Part shown: in pieces, positions 11,357 to 21,995 of the stretch
Numbering within the stretch: the first letter of the stretch is position 1
Layout of the letters: every line of letters begins with the position of its first letter
Assembly: GCA_963762925.1 (NCBI GenBank)
Contig: CAVXMP010000003.1
Span: forward strand, 38,174 to 102,173
Reading direction: 5' to 3'
Source: an uncultured Acidobacteriota bacterium
GTDB taxonomy: Bacteria > Acidobacteriota > Vicinamibacteria > Vicinamibacterales > UBA2999
DNA: 64,000 bases
Notes under the pieces: model-generated
The model's input: only the letters and a program-made list of their open reading frames with translations
The model's database searches: none
Told to the model about the DNA's origin: nothing
Position numbers and translations under genes: made by a program

Positions 11357-12772
11357 TTACTTGCTCTTGGCCAACTCTGCGACCGCCTCGAAGATGAACT
11401 TGACGAAGCGATGCAACTCGGTTTCGAGAATGCGTTCCTGATCGCTGTGCGCACCGAAGCCCTTGGGGCCGTCCTCGATGTCAAGCGCCGGCCCGACACC
11501 GTAGCACTGCATGCCGTTCCGCCGCAGGTACGACATGTCGGTCGCTCCCGTACTCATCGTCGGAAGCGTGATGGCCTGGTAGTGCTTCGTGATCATTGCC
11601 TCGAGCACCTTGAACGCTTCCGAATCGAGCTTGGCGTTCGGCGTCGGCGGGCGGCCAGCCGAAGCAGCGTTCGCGTAGGCGACGTCGACGTTCGGATCGT
11701 TGACGACCTGCTTCACAAGCTCTAAGAACTTCTGCGGATCTTCATCCGGCGCCTGCCGCACATCGATATTCGCCGTCGCCTCCGAAGGAATAACGTTCGA
11801 TCGGTAACCTCCCTGGATGATCGTTGGCGATAGCGACGTCCTGAGCATCGACCAATGCCGAGGCTCGTTCTTCCGGAGATACTGCTGTGCGGGCTCCGCC
11901 ACCTTTGGATCGGGACTGAGCGCGTTTCGATAGCGTTCGGCCTCCTCGGGGGTGGAAACCGTCGCGAGTCGCTTGAAGTAGGTCGCCGTGGTTTCGTTCA
12001 GCCGTGTCGGCGGCGTCCACGCCGCCACTGCGCCCACCGCGTCGCCCAAATGGGCCACCGCATTGTCTTCGAGGGGCACTGAGCCGTGGCCAGCCGTGCC
12101 CTTGGCGGTGAGGCGGATCGCCCGCGGGATCTTCTCCAGCGTCTGCACGGAGGCAAACTTCACCTTACCGTTCACGCGAGTAACGTTTCCACCCTCCGCA
12201 TAGCAGAACTCTGCGTCGATCTCGGGCATGTGCTGATTGACCATGAACTGGATGCCGATACGCGTCGACCCTTCCTCGCCGGCTTCAGCCAGAAAGATCA
12301 CATCGCGATCGAGCTGGACGTTCTGCCGCTTGAGCAGCAGCATGGTCATCAGCGCGCCGACGACGTTGTCCTTGTCGTCCACCGTGCCGCGGCCGTAGAC
12401 ATACCCGCCGTCGCGGGCGGCGCTGAACGGTGGATGTGACCACTTCTTGGCGTCGACGTTGACCGTATCGGTGTGGCCCAGCAGCAGCAGCGGTCGTCTG
12501 CGGCCGCTGCCCTTCAGTCGCGCGACGATGTTGGGCCGATTCGGCTCGAGGGCGAAGACCTGGACTGGGATCCCTTCAGCTTCGAGGACGGTCTTCAAAT
12601 AGTCGGCGACAGGTTTCTCGCCGCCTGGCGGATCGGTCGTGTCCAACCGAACAATGGCCTGAAAGTGCCGGAGCGTCTCTTCCTCGATCGCCGTCCAATT
12701 GGGCTCCGGGGATCGCTGCCCGGCCGACAATACCGTCGTAAGTCCGAGACAGATGATGGCAGTGGTGCGCAT
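11357..12772 (-). CDS. M20 family metallopeptidase (dipeptidase/ArgE-DapE-CPG2-like), secreted
   Basis: Intact 471-aa ORF. Signal-like N-terminus. Metal-binding motifs LLLGHTDTV, GRGTVDDKDN and AEAGEEG. Confidence 0.85.
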   Translation of the reverse strand: MRTTAIICLGLTTVLSAGQRSPEPNWTAIEEETLRHFQAIVRLDTTDPPGGEKPVADYLKTVLEAEGIPVQVFALEPNRPNIVARLKGSGRRRPLLLLGHTDTVNVDAKKWSHPPFSAARDGGYVYGRGTVDDKDNVVGALMTMLLLKRQNVQLDRDVIFLAEAGEEGSTRIGIQFMVNQHMPEIDAEFCYAEGGNVTRVNGKVKFASVQTLEKIPRAIRLTAKGTAGHGSVPLEDNAVAHLGDAVGAVAAWTPPTRLNETTATYFKRLATVSTPEEAERYRNALSPDPKVAEPAQQYLRKNEPRHWSMLRTSLSPTIIQGGYRSNVIPSEATANIDVRQAPDEDPQKFLELVKQVVNDPNVDVAYANAASAGRPPTPNAKLDSEAFKVLEAMITKHYQAITLPTMSTGATDMSYLRRNGMQCYGVGPALDIEDGPKGFGAHSDQERILETELHRFVKFIFEAVAELAKSK

Positions 12773-12880
12773 GCGGCGAATATTAGCGCACCCATTGCGT
12801 TTTCGTCCTTGCCGATTCTTTACCAGCTCCCTGCCCCTGCCTCATGAATCGGGCCGCGCATCCGGCGTATCGCGCACGAC

Positions 12881-13571
12881 ATGATGCGTGCACCGTGGAA
12901 AAAGGCCGCGGCATGTGCCGCGTTCATCGTTGCCGCGGTGGACGTGCACCTTCGATAGACCCTTTCCTGTCATCACGGCTTCGTCTGACCCGGGAGTGCT
13001 GGCGCGCGGCAAGTACCATCAGAACCTGAGTGATGCCGACTTGACGGCGATCATCGCCTTCCTGCGTTCGCAGCCAGCGGTGCGCAACCCCGTACCGGAA
13101 CATCGGCTGAGCGCGCTCGGCAAAACGCTGATGGCGTTTGTGATCGAACCCCAGGGGCGGCACGCGCCGCCGATGCACACGAGCCCGGTGGGTCCATCGG
13201 TGATGCAGGGGGATTATCTTGCGAACCACGTCGCCGCCTGCGGCCTCGTGTCACACCGATCGCGACGGGCGCGGAGCGCTGGTCGGACCACGATTCGCGG
13301 GTAGTCAGCGCATGGACGTCGCGGCCGATCCAACAAAGGTGTACGTGCCGCCGAATCTCACACCAGACGCCGACACGAGCCCGATTGGCCGCTGGAGCGC
13401 AGACACGTTCATTGAACGGTTTCGCCAGGGTGAGCTCGTCGAGGGTACGCCGATGCCATGGAGCGCATACGGACGTATGACCGACGACGATCTGCGCAGC
13501 GTCTACATGTACTGCGCACCCTGCGGCCGATTCGAAACCCAACCGGAGCGGTCATTCAAGACAAGGAATAA
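12881..13571 (+). pseudogene. membrane-anchored c-type cytochrome family protein; several frame breaks, possibly internally truncated
   Basis: MMRAPWKKAAACAAFIVAAV anchor at 12881. LSDADLTAIIAFLRSQPAV. A CxxCH heme motif appears only after removing one base near ~13250 (ACGLCHTDRDG). PNLTPD...GRWS...DDDLRSVYMY. The C-terminus YLRTLRPIRNPTGAVIQDKE-stop is recovered only after adding one base near ~13512. Confidence 0.55.
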
Positions 13572-13582
13572 GACTGTCGAGA

Positions 13583-16033
13583 TCACTCCGCGCGCAGTGC
13601 GATGGCTGGGTCGACGCGTGTCGCGCGCCATGCAGGACCGACCATCGACACCAGCCCCGTCAAGGCGAGCACCACGATAACGACGACGAACGTCCAGGGA
13701 TCCAGCGGCTCCACGCCAAACAGCATGCTCGCCAGCAGGCGCGCCAGCATGGCCGCGAGAATCAACCCGATGAGTGTTCCGGCGGCAATCACGGAGACGG
13801 CGCCTCCGATTGCAAGGCGAAGTACCGAGCCGGTCGTGGCACCGAGAGCCCGACGCAGACCGAAATCGCGCATGCGCAGTTGCACGGAATAGCCGAGGAT
13901 GCCGAAGACGCCGACCATGGCCAGCACCAGCGCCAGGCTGGCGAACGCGATCACCATCGTCGCGCGAAAGCGCTGACGCGACGTTGCCGTTGACGCCACG
14001 TCTTCGAGCGTCATCACGTCGCGGACGCTCACCAGTTGCTCTTTGTCGACGCGCGCGATCGCTGCGCGGATCGACGGGGTCAGCCCTTCGGCGCGAGCGG
14101 TGGCGGACTGGACCGCCAAGTAGATGTCGTCCGTCGGATCTTGCGCCAGCGGCACATAGATCTGAAGCAGGTCCTCGATCTCGTCAGGCCGGGCTTTGAC
14201 CTGCCGCGCGACGCCGACAATCTGCCTCACGACCGGCCGTGCCTGGGGAGACCCCGTCGGGCGAATCGCCACCTGCAAACCGATCGGCGATCGCCCTTGC
14301 AGATGGCTGCGGACGAACGCTTCGTTGACGATACAAACGGCCACGGAGTCCTGCGTATCGCCATCGGTAAATGCCCGCCCGTCCGTGACTGGAAGGTCGA
14401 GCGTCTGAAAGTAGGCGGGGCTGACGATTTGATAGTCGGCCGTGGGACGCTGGCCCTCGACTACGGAGTCGCCAACGATCTCGAACGATCGCGAGCCCTG
14501 GTCGGAGGCACCGAGTGGCAGGCCCGTCGTCCACGCCATGCGTCGCACTCCGGGCAGCGGCGCGATTTCGCGCTCGATGTCTGCGAAGAACTGCAGCAGA
14601 GACGCGCGCGTCGGATACTGCGAACCCAGCGGATCCACAAGCATGGTGAGTACGCGCTCTGCGCGATAGCCGCGATCGACGCTGTTAACGGCCATCAGCG
14701 TTCGCAGCAGCAATCCCGCACCGACGAGTAAGAGCACGGCGATGGCGACCTCGCCCACGACGAGCAACGCCCGTATTTTTCCTCCACTCCCGGCAACGGT
14801 TCGCGTCTCGGAGGTGGGCAGCCCCGCCGACGAGAAGTGACCGGCCTGCCAGGCGGGAACAATGCCGAACAACAGGCCGACAAGCATCGCAGCCCCGGCA
14901 CTGAACGCAACCACGCGCATGTCGAAGGCGAGCGTCACCGCACCAGGCAGCAGTCCTTCCGGAATCACCGACGGCGCAATGCGCAGGATCGCTGCGCCGA
15001 GAGCAACGCCGAGTACGCCGCCGATGGTCGAGAGCACGAGGCTCTCGGTCACGAGCTGGCCGATCACGCGTCGCCTGCTTGCGCCCAACGCAGACCGAAT
15101 CGCGAACTCGTAGGTCCGTGCCGTCGCTCGCGTGAGCAAGAGATTGGCAACATTCGCGCAGCAGATCAGCAGGACGAATCCGACCACACCGAGAAACAAC
15201 AGCGACGTCGTGCGCAGTTCGCTGCCGATCAACGCATCGTGCATCGGCTCGATCGCGACGCCTCGGCCTGTGTTGGTATTCGGGAATTCCTCGGCGAGCC
15301 CCTCCGCGATCGTCGCCATCTCCGCGCGCGCCGCTTCGATCGCGACGTCCCGTTTCAAGCGTCCGATGCCGCGAAGCATATAGGCGCCTCGCAAGGCCGG
15401 ACGCCGGTCGAACGCCAGCATCGCCCACATGCTGGTGCGCCCGAGCAGTTGAAAGTCCTGTGGAACGATGCCGACAACGGTGAATGGTGTGCCGTCCAAC
15501 CGAATGTCGCGACCAACGATGGCCGCATCGGCGTCGAACCGCACCCGCCACAGTGCTTCACTCAGCACCACGACATTCGCGCGCGCGGCGTCGTCGGAGG
15601 GGAGAAACGTCCGGCCTGCGATCGCCTTTACCCCGAGCACGTCGAAGAATCCGGCGGAGACCCATTGGCGAGTGATGGTTTCGGCGGTGCCGTCCCTGCC
15701 GTTCATCACCATGCCGCCAATGCTGGGAACGAATCCGGCGATCAACTCGAAGCTGCGATTGCGTTCGTTCCAGTCGGCCATATTGAGCGGCGACACGGCT
15801 CCCCGCGGCGAGCGGTCAGTTCGTTCCCAGACCATGACCAGCCGATCGGGGTCGGGAAACGGCAACGGCCGCAGCAAGGCGGCATCGACGAGGGCGAAGA
15901 TCGCGCTGTTGGCGCCGATGCCGAGCGCGAGCGTCAGGACGGCAACGAGCGCGAATGACGGTGAGCGTTGGAGTTGCCGGACGGCAAAGGTGAGGTCGTG
16001 CCTGAACTCGTCAAGGCGGTGAGTGGCGTTCAT
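13583..16033 (-). CDS. ADOP-family duplicated FtsX/MacB-type permease
   Basis: Intact 816-aa ORF. Characteristic N-terminus [37 protein letters not shown]. Two MacB-periplasmic plus FtsX 4-TM modules. C-terminus [14 protein letters not shown]. Confidence 0.85.
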   Translation of the reverse strand: MNATHRLDEFRHDLTFAVRQLQRSPSFALVAVLTLALGIGANSAIFALVDAALLRPLPFPDPDRLVMVWERTDRSPRGAVSPLNMADWNERNRSFELIAGFVPSIGGMVMNGRDGTAETITRQWVSAGFFDVLGVKAIAGRTFLPSDDAARANVVVLSEALWRVRFDADAAIVGRDIRLDGTPFTVVGIVPQDFQLLGRTSMWAMLAFDRRPALRGAYMLRGIGRLKRDVAIEAARAEMATIAEGLAEEFPNTNTGRGVAIEPMHDALIGSELRTTSLLFLGVVGFVLLICCANVANLLLTRATARTYEFAIRSALGASRRRVIGQLVTESLVLSTIGGVLGVALGAAILRIAPSVIPEGLLPGAVTLAFDMRVVAFSAGAAMLVGLLFGIVPAWQAGHFSSAGLPTSETRTVAGSGGKIRALLVVGEVAIAVLLLVGAGLLLRTLMAVNSVDRGYRAERVLTMLVDPLGSQYPTRASLLQFFADIEREIAPLPGVRRMAWTTGLPLGASDQGSRSFEIVGDSVVEGQRPTADYQIVSPAYFQTLDLPVTDGRAFTDGDTQDSVAVCIVNEAFVRSHLQGRSPIGLQVAIRPTGSPQARPVVRQIVGVARQVKARPDEIEDLLQIYVPLAQDPTDDIYLAVQSATARAEGLTPSIRAAIARVDKEQLVSVRDVMTLEDVASTATSRQRFRATMVIAFASLALVLAMVGVFGILGYSVQLRMRDFGLRRALGATTGSVLRLAIGGAVSVIAAGTLIGLILAAMLARLLASMLFGVEPLDPWTFVVVIVVLALTGLVSMVGPAWRATRVDPAIALRAE

Positions 16034-16040
16034 TTTTTGT

Positions 16041-16080
16041 GCTACGTTCGTAGCATAATGCTACGAACGTAGCCTGTCAA
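16041..16080 (-). promoter_or_regulatory. sigma-70-type promoter overlapped by a perfect 16+1+16 palindrome (candidate operator) for the ADOP permease gene
   Basis: Minus strand reads TTGACA-ggctacgttcgtagcat(17)-TATGCT-acgaacgtagcacaaaaaATG. GCTACGTTCGTAGCAT-A-ATGCTACGAACGTAGC (16041-16073) is a perfect inverted repeat. It spans the spacer, the -10 box and the start region, 8 nt from the start codon at 16033. Confidence 0.55.
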
Positions 16081-16142
16081 ACGAGTGCCGCTTGCGGCGT
16101 CGTTTTCTCCTCCCTTCTCTCTTGAGCCATAATCAGCGCCCT

Positions 16143-17640
16143 GTGAAGGTCAACATCAGCCGGCGCGAACTGCTTGCCGGCGCCGGCGTCGGCGCCGCGG
16201 CCCTTCTGCTCGATCAACGCGGCGTTCAGGCTCAGGCGCCACCGAGTAAGACCGTCGTCTTCTCCCATACAACCGTCGTGAACGCCGATACCGTTCAGGA
16301 CGACGTCGCGCTCGCGATCGCGGGCGACACGATCGCGTCGATTGGCCCGACCGACGAGGTGCTGAAGAAATTTCCCGGCGCCGAGGTGTACGACGGACGG
16401 GGCAAGGCGCTCTTTCCCGGCCTCATCAACTGTCACGCCCATCTCGCCGCGACCCTCGCTCGAGGTTTCAACGAGGACTTCGGCTTTCCCAACTCCGCCC
16501 GCCTGGCCATCCAGCCCGCCAGTCTCCTGCAGGGCGAGGAGGCCACGCTGATGGTCACGGTCGGTGCACTGGAAGCGATACGGACCGGCACGACGACAAT
16601 CGTGGAGAACACCGGAAACATCAGCCGCTCCGCCGCCGCATTAGCAGACACGGGCCTGCGCTGCGTGTTCGCCGAGTCGATCCGCGATAGCGAGAATGTT
16701 GCCGGGCCGATGTCGCCGGAGGGGCTGGCGAAGAGTGTTGCCCCGAGGTTCTCGCCGAAGCTGCGCGACGAGGGCTTGCAGCGTATCAATGACTTGTTCA
16801 CGAAGTGGCACGGCGCCAGGCAAGGACGCATCAGCGTGTTCCCAGCCGCCGCGCTCGCCGAAACCGCGTCGCCCGAGTTGCTGCAGGCGGTCCGCGCCTT
16901 CGCGGACAAACACGATCTCGGATACACGATTCACCTGTCGCAGAGTCGCGCCGAAGTCGATTTCATGGTGCGCCACCATGGCCTTCGTCCGCCGGCCTTT
17001 CTCCACAAGCACGGCTTCCTCGGACCGCGGCTGTTCGCCGCACACTGCCGCTACGTCGACGATGGCGATATCGCGTTGCTGGGCGGCTCCGGCACGATCG
17101 TGACGCACCAGGCCGCGATGGCGGCGAACCGCGGGGTTATTCCGCCGATCGCGAAGCTCCGGGCGGCGGGCTGCCCCATCGCGAACGGCACGGACAACAA
17201 CACCAACGATCTGTTCGAAGTGATGCGGATCGCGCTCCTCACCGAACGCATCTCGCGCAATGATGCGTTCCCCGGGCACGCGCCCACAGCCCGAGGACAT
17301 GCTCGAAGACGCAACCCAAGGGGGCGCGCGAGCCGTGCATCAGGAAAAGCGCCTCGGCTCGCTCGCGGTCGGAAAGAAGGCCGATCTCCTCGTCGTGGAT
17401 ACGCTACGGGCCCACCTCGTGCCCGCGGGGCGCATCGTGTCCGCGTGGATCCACAATGGTCAACCAGCCGACATCGAATCCGTGATGGTCGACGGTCAGT
17501 TCATCATGCGCAATGGCAAGGTGCTGACGATGGACGAGAACAGCATCGTCGCCGAAGCCGACAAGGTTGGGCGCCGGATCTGGAAGCAGGTGCAGGCGGC
17601 CGGTCCGATAACGGTACCGGGCCGACCGCGTCCGCGCTGA
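16143..17640 (+). CDS. amidohydrolase family protein (chlorohydrolase/aminohydrolase-like) with Tat signal; one frame break
   Basis: VKVNISRRELLAGAGVGAAALLL twin-arginine signal. PGLINCHAHL metal-binding motif. C-terminal part in ORF 17260-17640 (GSLAVGKKADLLVVD). Frame switch near ~17270 inside a ccccggg run. Confidence 0.75.
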
Positions 17641-17655
17641 CGTCGCGCCTCTGAC

Positions 17656-19935
17656 TTACGCGACCATTGCCAGCGTTTGCGGCTCCAAGGCGAGCGCCAG
17701 GACTTCGTCCACCGACGCCACTGGGTGGAACCGCATCTGTTCGCGCACGCTCACCGGCACGTCGTCCAAGTCGGGTTCGTTGCGCTCGGGCAGAATGATC
17801 GTCGTCAAGCCCGCCGCATGCGCGGCGAGGACTTTCTGCTTCAAGCCGCCAATCTGGAGGACGCGTCCTTGCAGCGTGACCTCCCCCGTCATCCCGACCG
17901 TGCTCTTGACCGCCCGACCCGTCAGGAGCGATGCGAGCGCCGTCACCATCGTCACACCCGCACTCGGCCCATCCTTGGGGATCGCTCCGGCGGGAACGTG
18001 CAGGTGAAACTCCCGGCCGTCGAACGCTCGTTCGTCGATTCCCAGTTGCGGCGCGTGGCTCTTGATGTAGGTGAGCGCAATCCGCGCCGACTCCTTCATG
18101 ACCTCACCCAGTTGTCCGGTGAGCGCCAGCCCACCTTTGCCCGGCATCGAGGCCGCTTCGACAAACAGGACATCGCCGCCCACACCGGTCACGGCGAGTC
18201 CGGTCGCCACCCCCGGCACCGCCGTGCGCGCCGCTGCTTCGTGATAGACCTTGCGGCGTCCCAGCGCTTCTCGCACGGCTGCGGCATCCACGACCATCGG
18301 CTTCACCTGAGGACCGGAGGCAATCCGTGTGGCCGTCTTGCGAAGGACCGTGCCCAGCTCGCGTTCGAGCTGGCGTACACCCGCCTCGCGCGTGTAGCCA
18401 CTCACCACCAGGCGCAGCACGTCGTCGTCGGTGGTCACGTCGTCGCGAGTCAAGCCGTTTCGTTCCACCTGACGCGGCCAGAGATAGTCGCGCGCGATGG
18501 CGATTTTCTCATCGGTCGTGTAGCCGTCGAATCGAATCACTTCCATCCGATCGAGCAGCGGCGCCGGAATCGTCTCGGCCATGTTGGCTGTTGCGATGAA
18601 GAGCACGTGCGACAGATCGAGCGCGACATCGAGGTAGTGATCCTGAAACGCGTGGTTCTGCGCCGGATCTAACACTTCGAGTAAAGCCGCCGATGGATCG
18701 CCGCGCCAGTCGGCCCCCAGCTTGTCGACCTCGTCGAGCAAGATCACCGGGTTCATCGTGCCGGCGTCGCGGAGCGCGCGCACGAGTCGTCCGGGGAGCG
18801 CGCCGATATACGTCCGGCGATGTCCGCGGATTTCGGCCTCGTCGCGCACGCCGCCGAGCGACATGCGGACAAACTGACGACCGGTCGCTCGTGCGATCGA
18901 TTCGCCAATCGAGGTCTTGCCGGTTCCCGGCGGGCCAACCAAGGTCAGAATCGCGCCCGACCGGCGATCGTCTGTCATGCCGCGCTCGGCGCGGAGCTTA
19001 CGCACCGCCAGATATTCCGTGATGCGTTGCTTGACGTCGTCCAGACCGGCGTGATCAGCGTCGAGCACTTCCCGCGCGTGCGCCGGGTCGAGGCGCTCGT
19101 CCGATCGCTTCGACCAGGGAATCGCGAGGAGCCAATCGAGATAGGTCCGAATCATCGACGCTTCGCCGTTCGAGTCGCCCATGCGCTCGAATCGCGACAG
19201 CTCACGCTCGGCTTGCTGCTGCACGGCCTCGGGCATCCCGGCGGCGGCGATCTTCGTCCGATATTCCTCGGCAATCGAGCCCTCGTTTTCGCCAAGTTCC
19301 TTGCGAATGGCGTCCATCTGCTGGCGCAGAAAATACTCGCGCTGCTGTTTTTGCGCGCCGGTCTCCACGTCGTCGCGGATGCGTTTGCGGACACGCAGCT
19401 CGGCGAGCCGCTCCTGCTGGAACTGCAGGGCGAGCTTGAGCCGTTCGACGATGTCGAGCGTTTCGAGGAGCTGCAGCTTCTGGCCGACATTGAGATCGGG
19501 CGAGTAGCCGGCGGTATCCGCCAACGCGCCTGGCTGCGTGATCGAGCGCACAAACGCGCTGATCCGGCCGTCGTCGCCACGCAGCTCGAGAATCTCGGCC
19601 ACCACGGCGCGGTACTCGCGCTCCAGGTCGCGGGTGACGCTGGGGGGAGGCGTGATGTCGCGACGCTCGTCGACTTCGACGCGCAGCACGCCATCCGCGT
19701 CGGTGTGCGCCGCACCGGGCACGCCGCGGTGGAGCGCCGTGAATGAAGCGACGGCGCGCCCGCCCAATGCGACCCGATCGGCCACCTCGGCGACAACACC
19801 GACCTTGGCGTAGCCGGTGCCGCGTCGCGGAACCAGGAACACGCGCGTATCGGCACCCACGTCTTCCGGCAGCGTCACCGGCATGCCCGGGAACACGACC
19901 ACATCGTCGAGAGCGATCAGTTTGAGGGAGCTCAT
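17656..19935 (-). CDS. lon: ATP-dependent Lon protease
   Basis: Intact ORF. LON N-domain. Walker A GPPGTGKTS. LLDEVDK. Protease domain PKDGPSAGVTMVTAL with catalytic Ser. Likely start MSSLKLIALDDVVVFPGMPV. Confidence 0.9.
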   Translation of the reverse strand: MSSLKLIALDDVVVFPGMPVTLPEDVGADTRVFLVPRRGTGYAKVGVVAEVADRVALGGRAVASFTALHRGVPGAAHTDADGVLRVEVDERRDITPPPSVTRDLEREYRAVVAEILELRGDDGRISAFVRSITQPGALADTAGYSPDLNVGQKLQLLETLDIVERLKLALQFQQERLAELRVRKRIRDDVETGAQKQQREYFLRQQMDAIRKELGENEGSIAEEYRTKIAAAGMPEAVQQQAERELSRFERMGDSNGEASMIRTYLDWLLAIPWSKRSDERLDPAHAREVLDADHAGLDDVKQRITEYLAVRKLRAERGMTDDRRSGAILTLVGPPGTGKTSIGESIARATGRQFVRMSLGGVRDEAEIRGHRRTYIGALPGRLVRALRDAGTMNPVILLDEVDKLGADWRGDPSAALLEVLDPAQNHAFQDHYLDVALDLSHVLFIATANMAETIPAPLLDRMEVIRFDGYTTDEKIAIARDYLWPRQVERNGLTRDDVTTDDDVLRLVVSGYTREAGVRQLERELGTVLRKTATRIASGPQVKPMVVDAAAVREALGRRKVYHEAAARTAVPGVATGLAVTGVGGDVLFVEAASMPGKGGLALTGQLGEVMKESARIALTYIKSHAPQLGIDERAFDGREFHLHVPAGAIPKDGPSAGVTMVTALASLLTGRAVKSTVGMTGEVTLQGRVLQIGGLKQKVLAAHAAGLTTIILPERNEPDLDDVPVSVREQMRFHPVASVDEVLALALEPQTLAMVA

Positions 19936-19951
19936 GACACCAAGGTTACGG

Positions 19952-19978
19952 CCAATGGTTGATGATGTCAATGATTGG
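19952..19978. promoter_or_regulatory. imperfect palindrome in the lon/marR divergent region (candidate MarR operator)
   Basis: CCAATGGTTGATGATGTCAATGATTGG has CCAAT/ATTGG ends and TTGA/TCAA inner arms. It lies between the lon start (19935) and the marR-like start (20013). Confidence 0.3.
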
Positions 19979-20012
19979 TGAGATTAACTATGGATGCCCT
20001 ATACTACTCAGG

Positions 20013-20432
20013 ATGAAGTCCGCGGGCACCCCCGACTGCCAGGCCTGGCAACTGCTGGTGCAGCTGTTTTTCGCCCACCGCGCCAACCTGCCGCTGCTCG
20101 CCGCCGAGCTCGAGCTGTCACCGGCGCAGTGTCACGTGTTGCATCTGATCGAGCCTGGCCGCCCCATCCCGATGGGCCAGCTGGCCGAAACCCTCGCCTG
20201 TGACGCCTCCAACGTGACCGGGTTAGTGGACCGTCTCGAGTCGCGCGGTCTCATCCATCGCCAATCGTCGGCGACGGATCGCCGCGTGAAAGTGTTGGAC
20301 CTCACGCCTACCGGTTCGCGACTCCGCACGCTTCTGCTCGAGCGCATGACCGCACCGCCGGCTCCCCTCAGACGTCTCTCCCTTCGCGATCAACGGACGC
20401 TGGTGCGAATTCTTACGCGGCTCGTCGAGTAA
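20013..20432 (+). CDS. MarR family transcriptional regulator
   Basis: ELSPAQCHVLHLI...PMGQLAETLACDASNVTGLVDRLESRGLIHRQSSATDRRVKVLDLTPTG is a canonical MarR winged-helix signature. Confidence 0.8.
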   Translation: MKSAGTPDCQAWQLLVQLFFAHRANLPLLAAELELSPAQCHVLHLIEPGRPIPMGQLAETLACDASNVTGLVDRLESRGLIHRQSSATDRRVKVLDLTPTGSRLRTLLLERMTAPPAPLRRLSLRDQRTLVRILTRLVE

Positions 20433-20451
20433 GCCGTGACCCCGCGCACGA

Positions 20452-20542
20452 GCGGCACCCGCGGCACCCTGCGGCACCCGCAGCACCCGCGGCACCCGCG
20501 GCACCCGCGGCACCTGCGGCACCTGCGGCACCTACGGTACCC
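20452..20542. repeat. tandem 9-bp minisatellite, about 10 units of GCGGCACCY
   Basis: Direct read: gcggcaccc gcggcaccc(t) gcggcaccc gcagcaccc gcggcaccc gcggcaccc gcggcacct gcggcacct gcggcacct acggtaccc. It fills the convergent gap between the marR-like stop (20432) and the aldo/keto reductase stop (20549). Confidence 0.9.
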
Positions 20543-20548
20543 GCGCGC

Positions 20549-21608
20549 TCAGCCTTGCGCCCGATTGAGCGTATAGCGCATCACCGACGCATGCGATCCG
20601 CCCTTGACGCGCTCCAGGCCGTAGACCTCGCCGCTCGGACCGCACGACGCGGCTTGCGCGCGTGCGATCGCGGCGTGGTCATCCGCGTCGAGCGCGAGCG
20701 CGCAGGCCGTGAGCGGTCTGGTCGAGGTGTCGCGCGTGACGCGCCCCGACGATGACGCCTGAGACGCCCGGTTGATCGAGCACCCACCGGATCGCGACGG
20801 CGCCGATGCCGACGCCGTGGCGTGTGGCCACCGCGTCGAGACTGCCAGCATGTTCTGAAAGCGTTCCCAGCCGCCGAACTCGTCGATGATCAGCCGGTAT
20901 TTCACGAGCGATCGATTCTCGAGCGGCGACGCCGGATCCGCGCGCCTCACATAACGGTCTGGAGAGAAATCCGCCAGCGAGCGCGCCGTAGCAGAGAAGG
21001 CCGATGCCGTGTCGTGCGCAGAATGCGGCCATCCCTTCCGCTGGCCGGCGATCCAGGACGGAATACTGCAGCTGGTGCGAGACGATCGGAACGCCGGCCG
21101 CGACGACTTCCGCCGAGGCGCTGTCGGTCGAAATTGGTCAGCCCGATGTGCCGGATCTTGCCGGCGCGGCGCATCTCGTCGAGCCACGCGGCGGCCTCCA
21201 CATAGCCCGGCACGTCGTAGTCCCACCAGTGCAGCTGGACGAGATCGAGGCGAGTCCACGCCGAGCCGCGCCAGCGATCGATCGACACCACGCGTCACGT
21301 CGGCACGCGAGTGGGTCGCCAGCCGATCGAGGTCGGGCACGTACTTCGTGTGAACCTGCACGGGGCGCGCGTCGCTGCCGCGCGCCGCGGCGCTTCAGCC
21401 AGTCGCCGATGAGCGCCTCGACGCCGGTGTAGATGTCCGCGCAGTCGAAGGTCGTGATTCCGGCGTCGACGAATCGATCCATGTCGGCAAGCGCGGCGGC
21501 CGGCATCGACGCGGGCCGTGGCCACCGGCCAGCTGCCATCCGCCCTTCAGCAGGCGCGAGATGGTGTAGCCGGGCGCGAGCTGGGCGCGGGGCGGATCGC
21601 ACAGTCAT
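20549..21608 (-). pseudogene. aldo/keto reductase family oxidoreductase; many frame breaks
   Basis: Pieces in three minus frames: GYTISRLLKGGWQLAGGHG, DMDRFVDAGITTFDCADIYTGVEALIGDWL, LDLVQLHWWDYDVPGYVEAAAWLDEMRRAGKIRHIGLTNFD, GIGLLCYGALAGGFLS, AVAIRWVLDQPGVSGVIVGAR. Its start overlaps the upstream stop as ATGA. Confidence 0.75.
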
Positions 21609-21949
21609 CGCGGCGGCAGCGGCACGGCCGTCACGTCACGGTGACGAAACGTGCGCGTGCCGATGCGGGTGATGCGAAAACGTGCGCCGCAGTTGGGATC
21701 GGGGCACGCGATGTCGGTGTCGGTCGTCATCCAGTCGTGCGGGTGCGTGATGCGCTGCTTCGCCGGAAGGAGGGGCAGCAGCGCCGCCAGCGCGTACATG
21801 GAAAACGACTGGCCTGCGGGAAGCGTGAGGTTCTCTCCGCGCACCTCGAGCCAGTCGCCTGCGCGGTGGCCGCACACCATCGGCCGATCCGTCGCCACCA
21901 CCTCGACGCGCAGGTCGTAGAGCTCGAACGTGTCGTCACGATCGATCAT
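21605..21949 (-). CDS. small Cys-containing protein resembling the TIGR04076 family
   Basis: Intact 114-aa ORF. VCGHRAGDWLEVRGENLTLPAGQSFSMYALAALLPLLPAKQR...CPDPNCGARF matches my recollection of that family. The assignment is from memory only. Confidence 0.5.
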   Translation of the reverse strand: MIDRDDTFELYDLRVEVVATDRPMVCGHRAGDWLEVRGENLTLPAGQSFSMYALAALLPLLPAKQRITHPHDWMTTDTDIACPDPNCGARFRITRIGTRTFRHRDVTAVPLPPR

Positions 21950-21995
21950 GACGGCTCCTTGCGAACACCATCGCTCGTACTATAGCGTCCCCGCC

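Noticed and set aside
20452-20542. Possible CRISPR array
   Set aside because: The unit is only 9 bp with no spacers, and no cas genes are present. It is a minisatellite.
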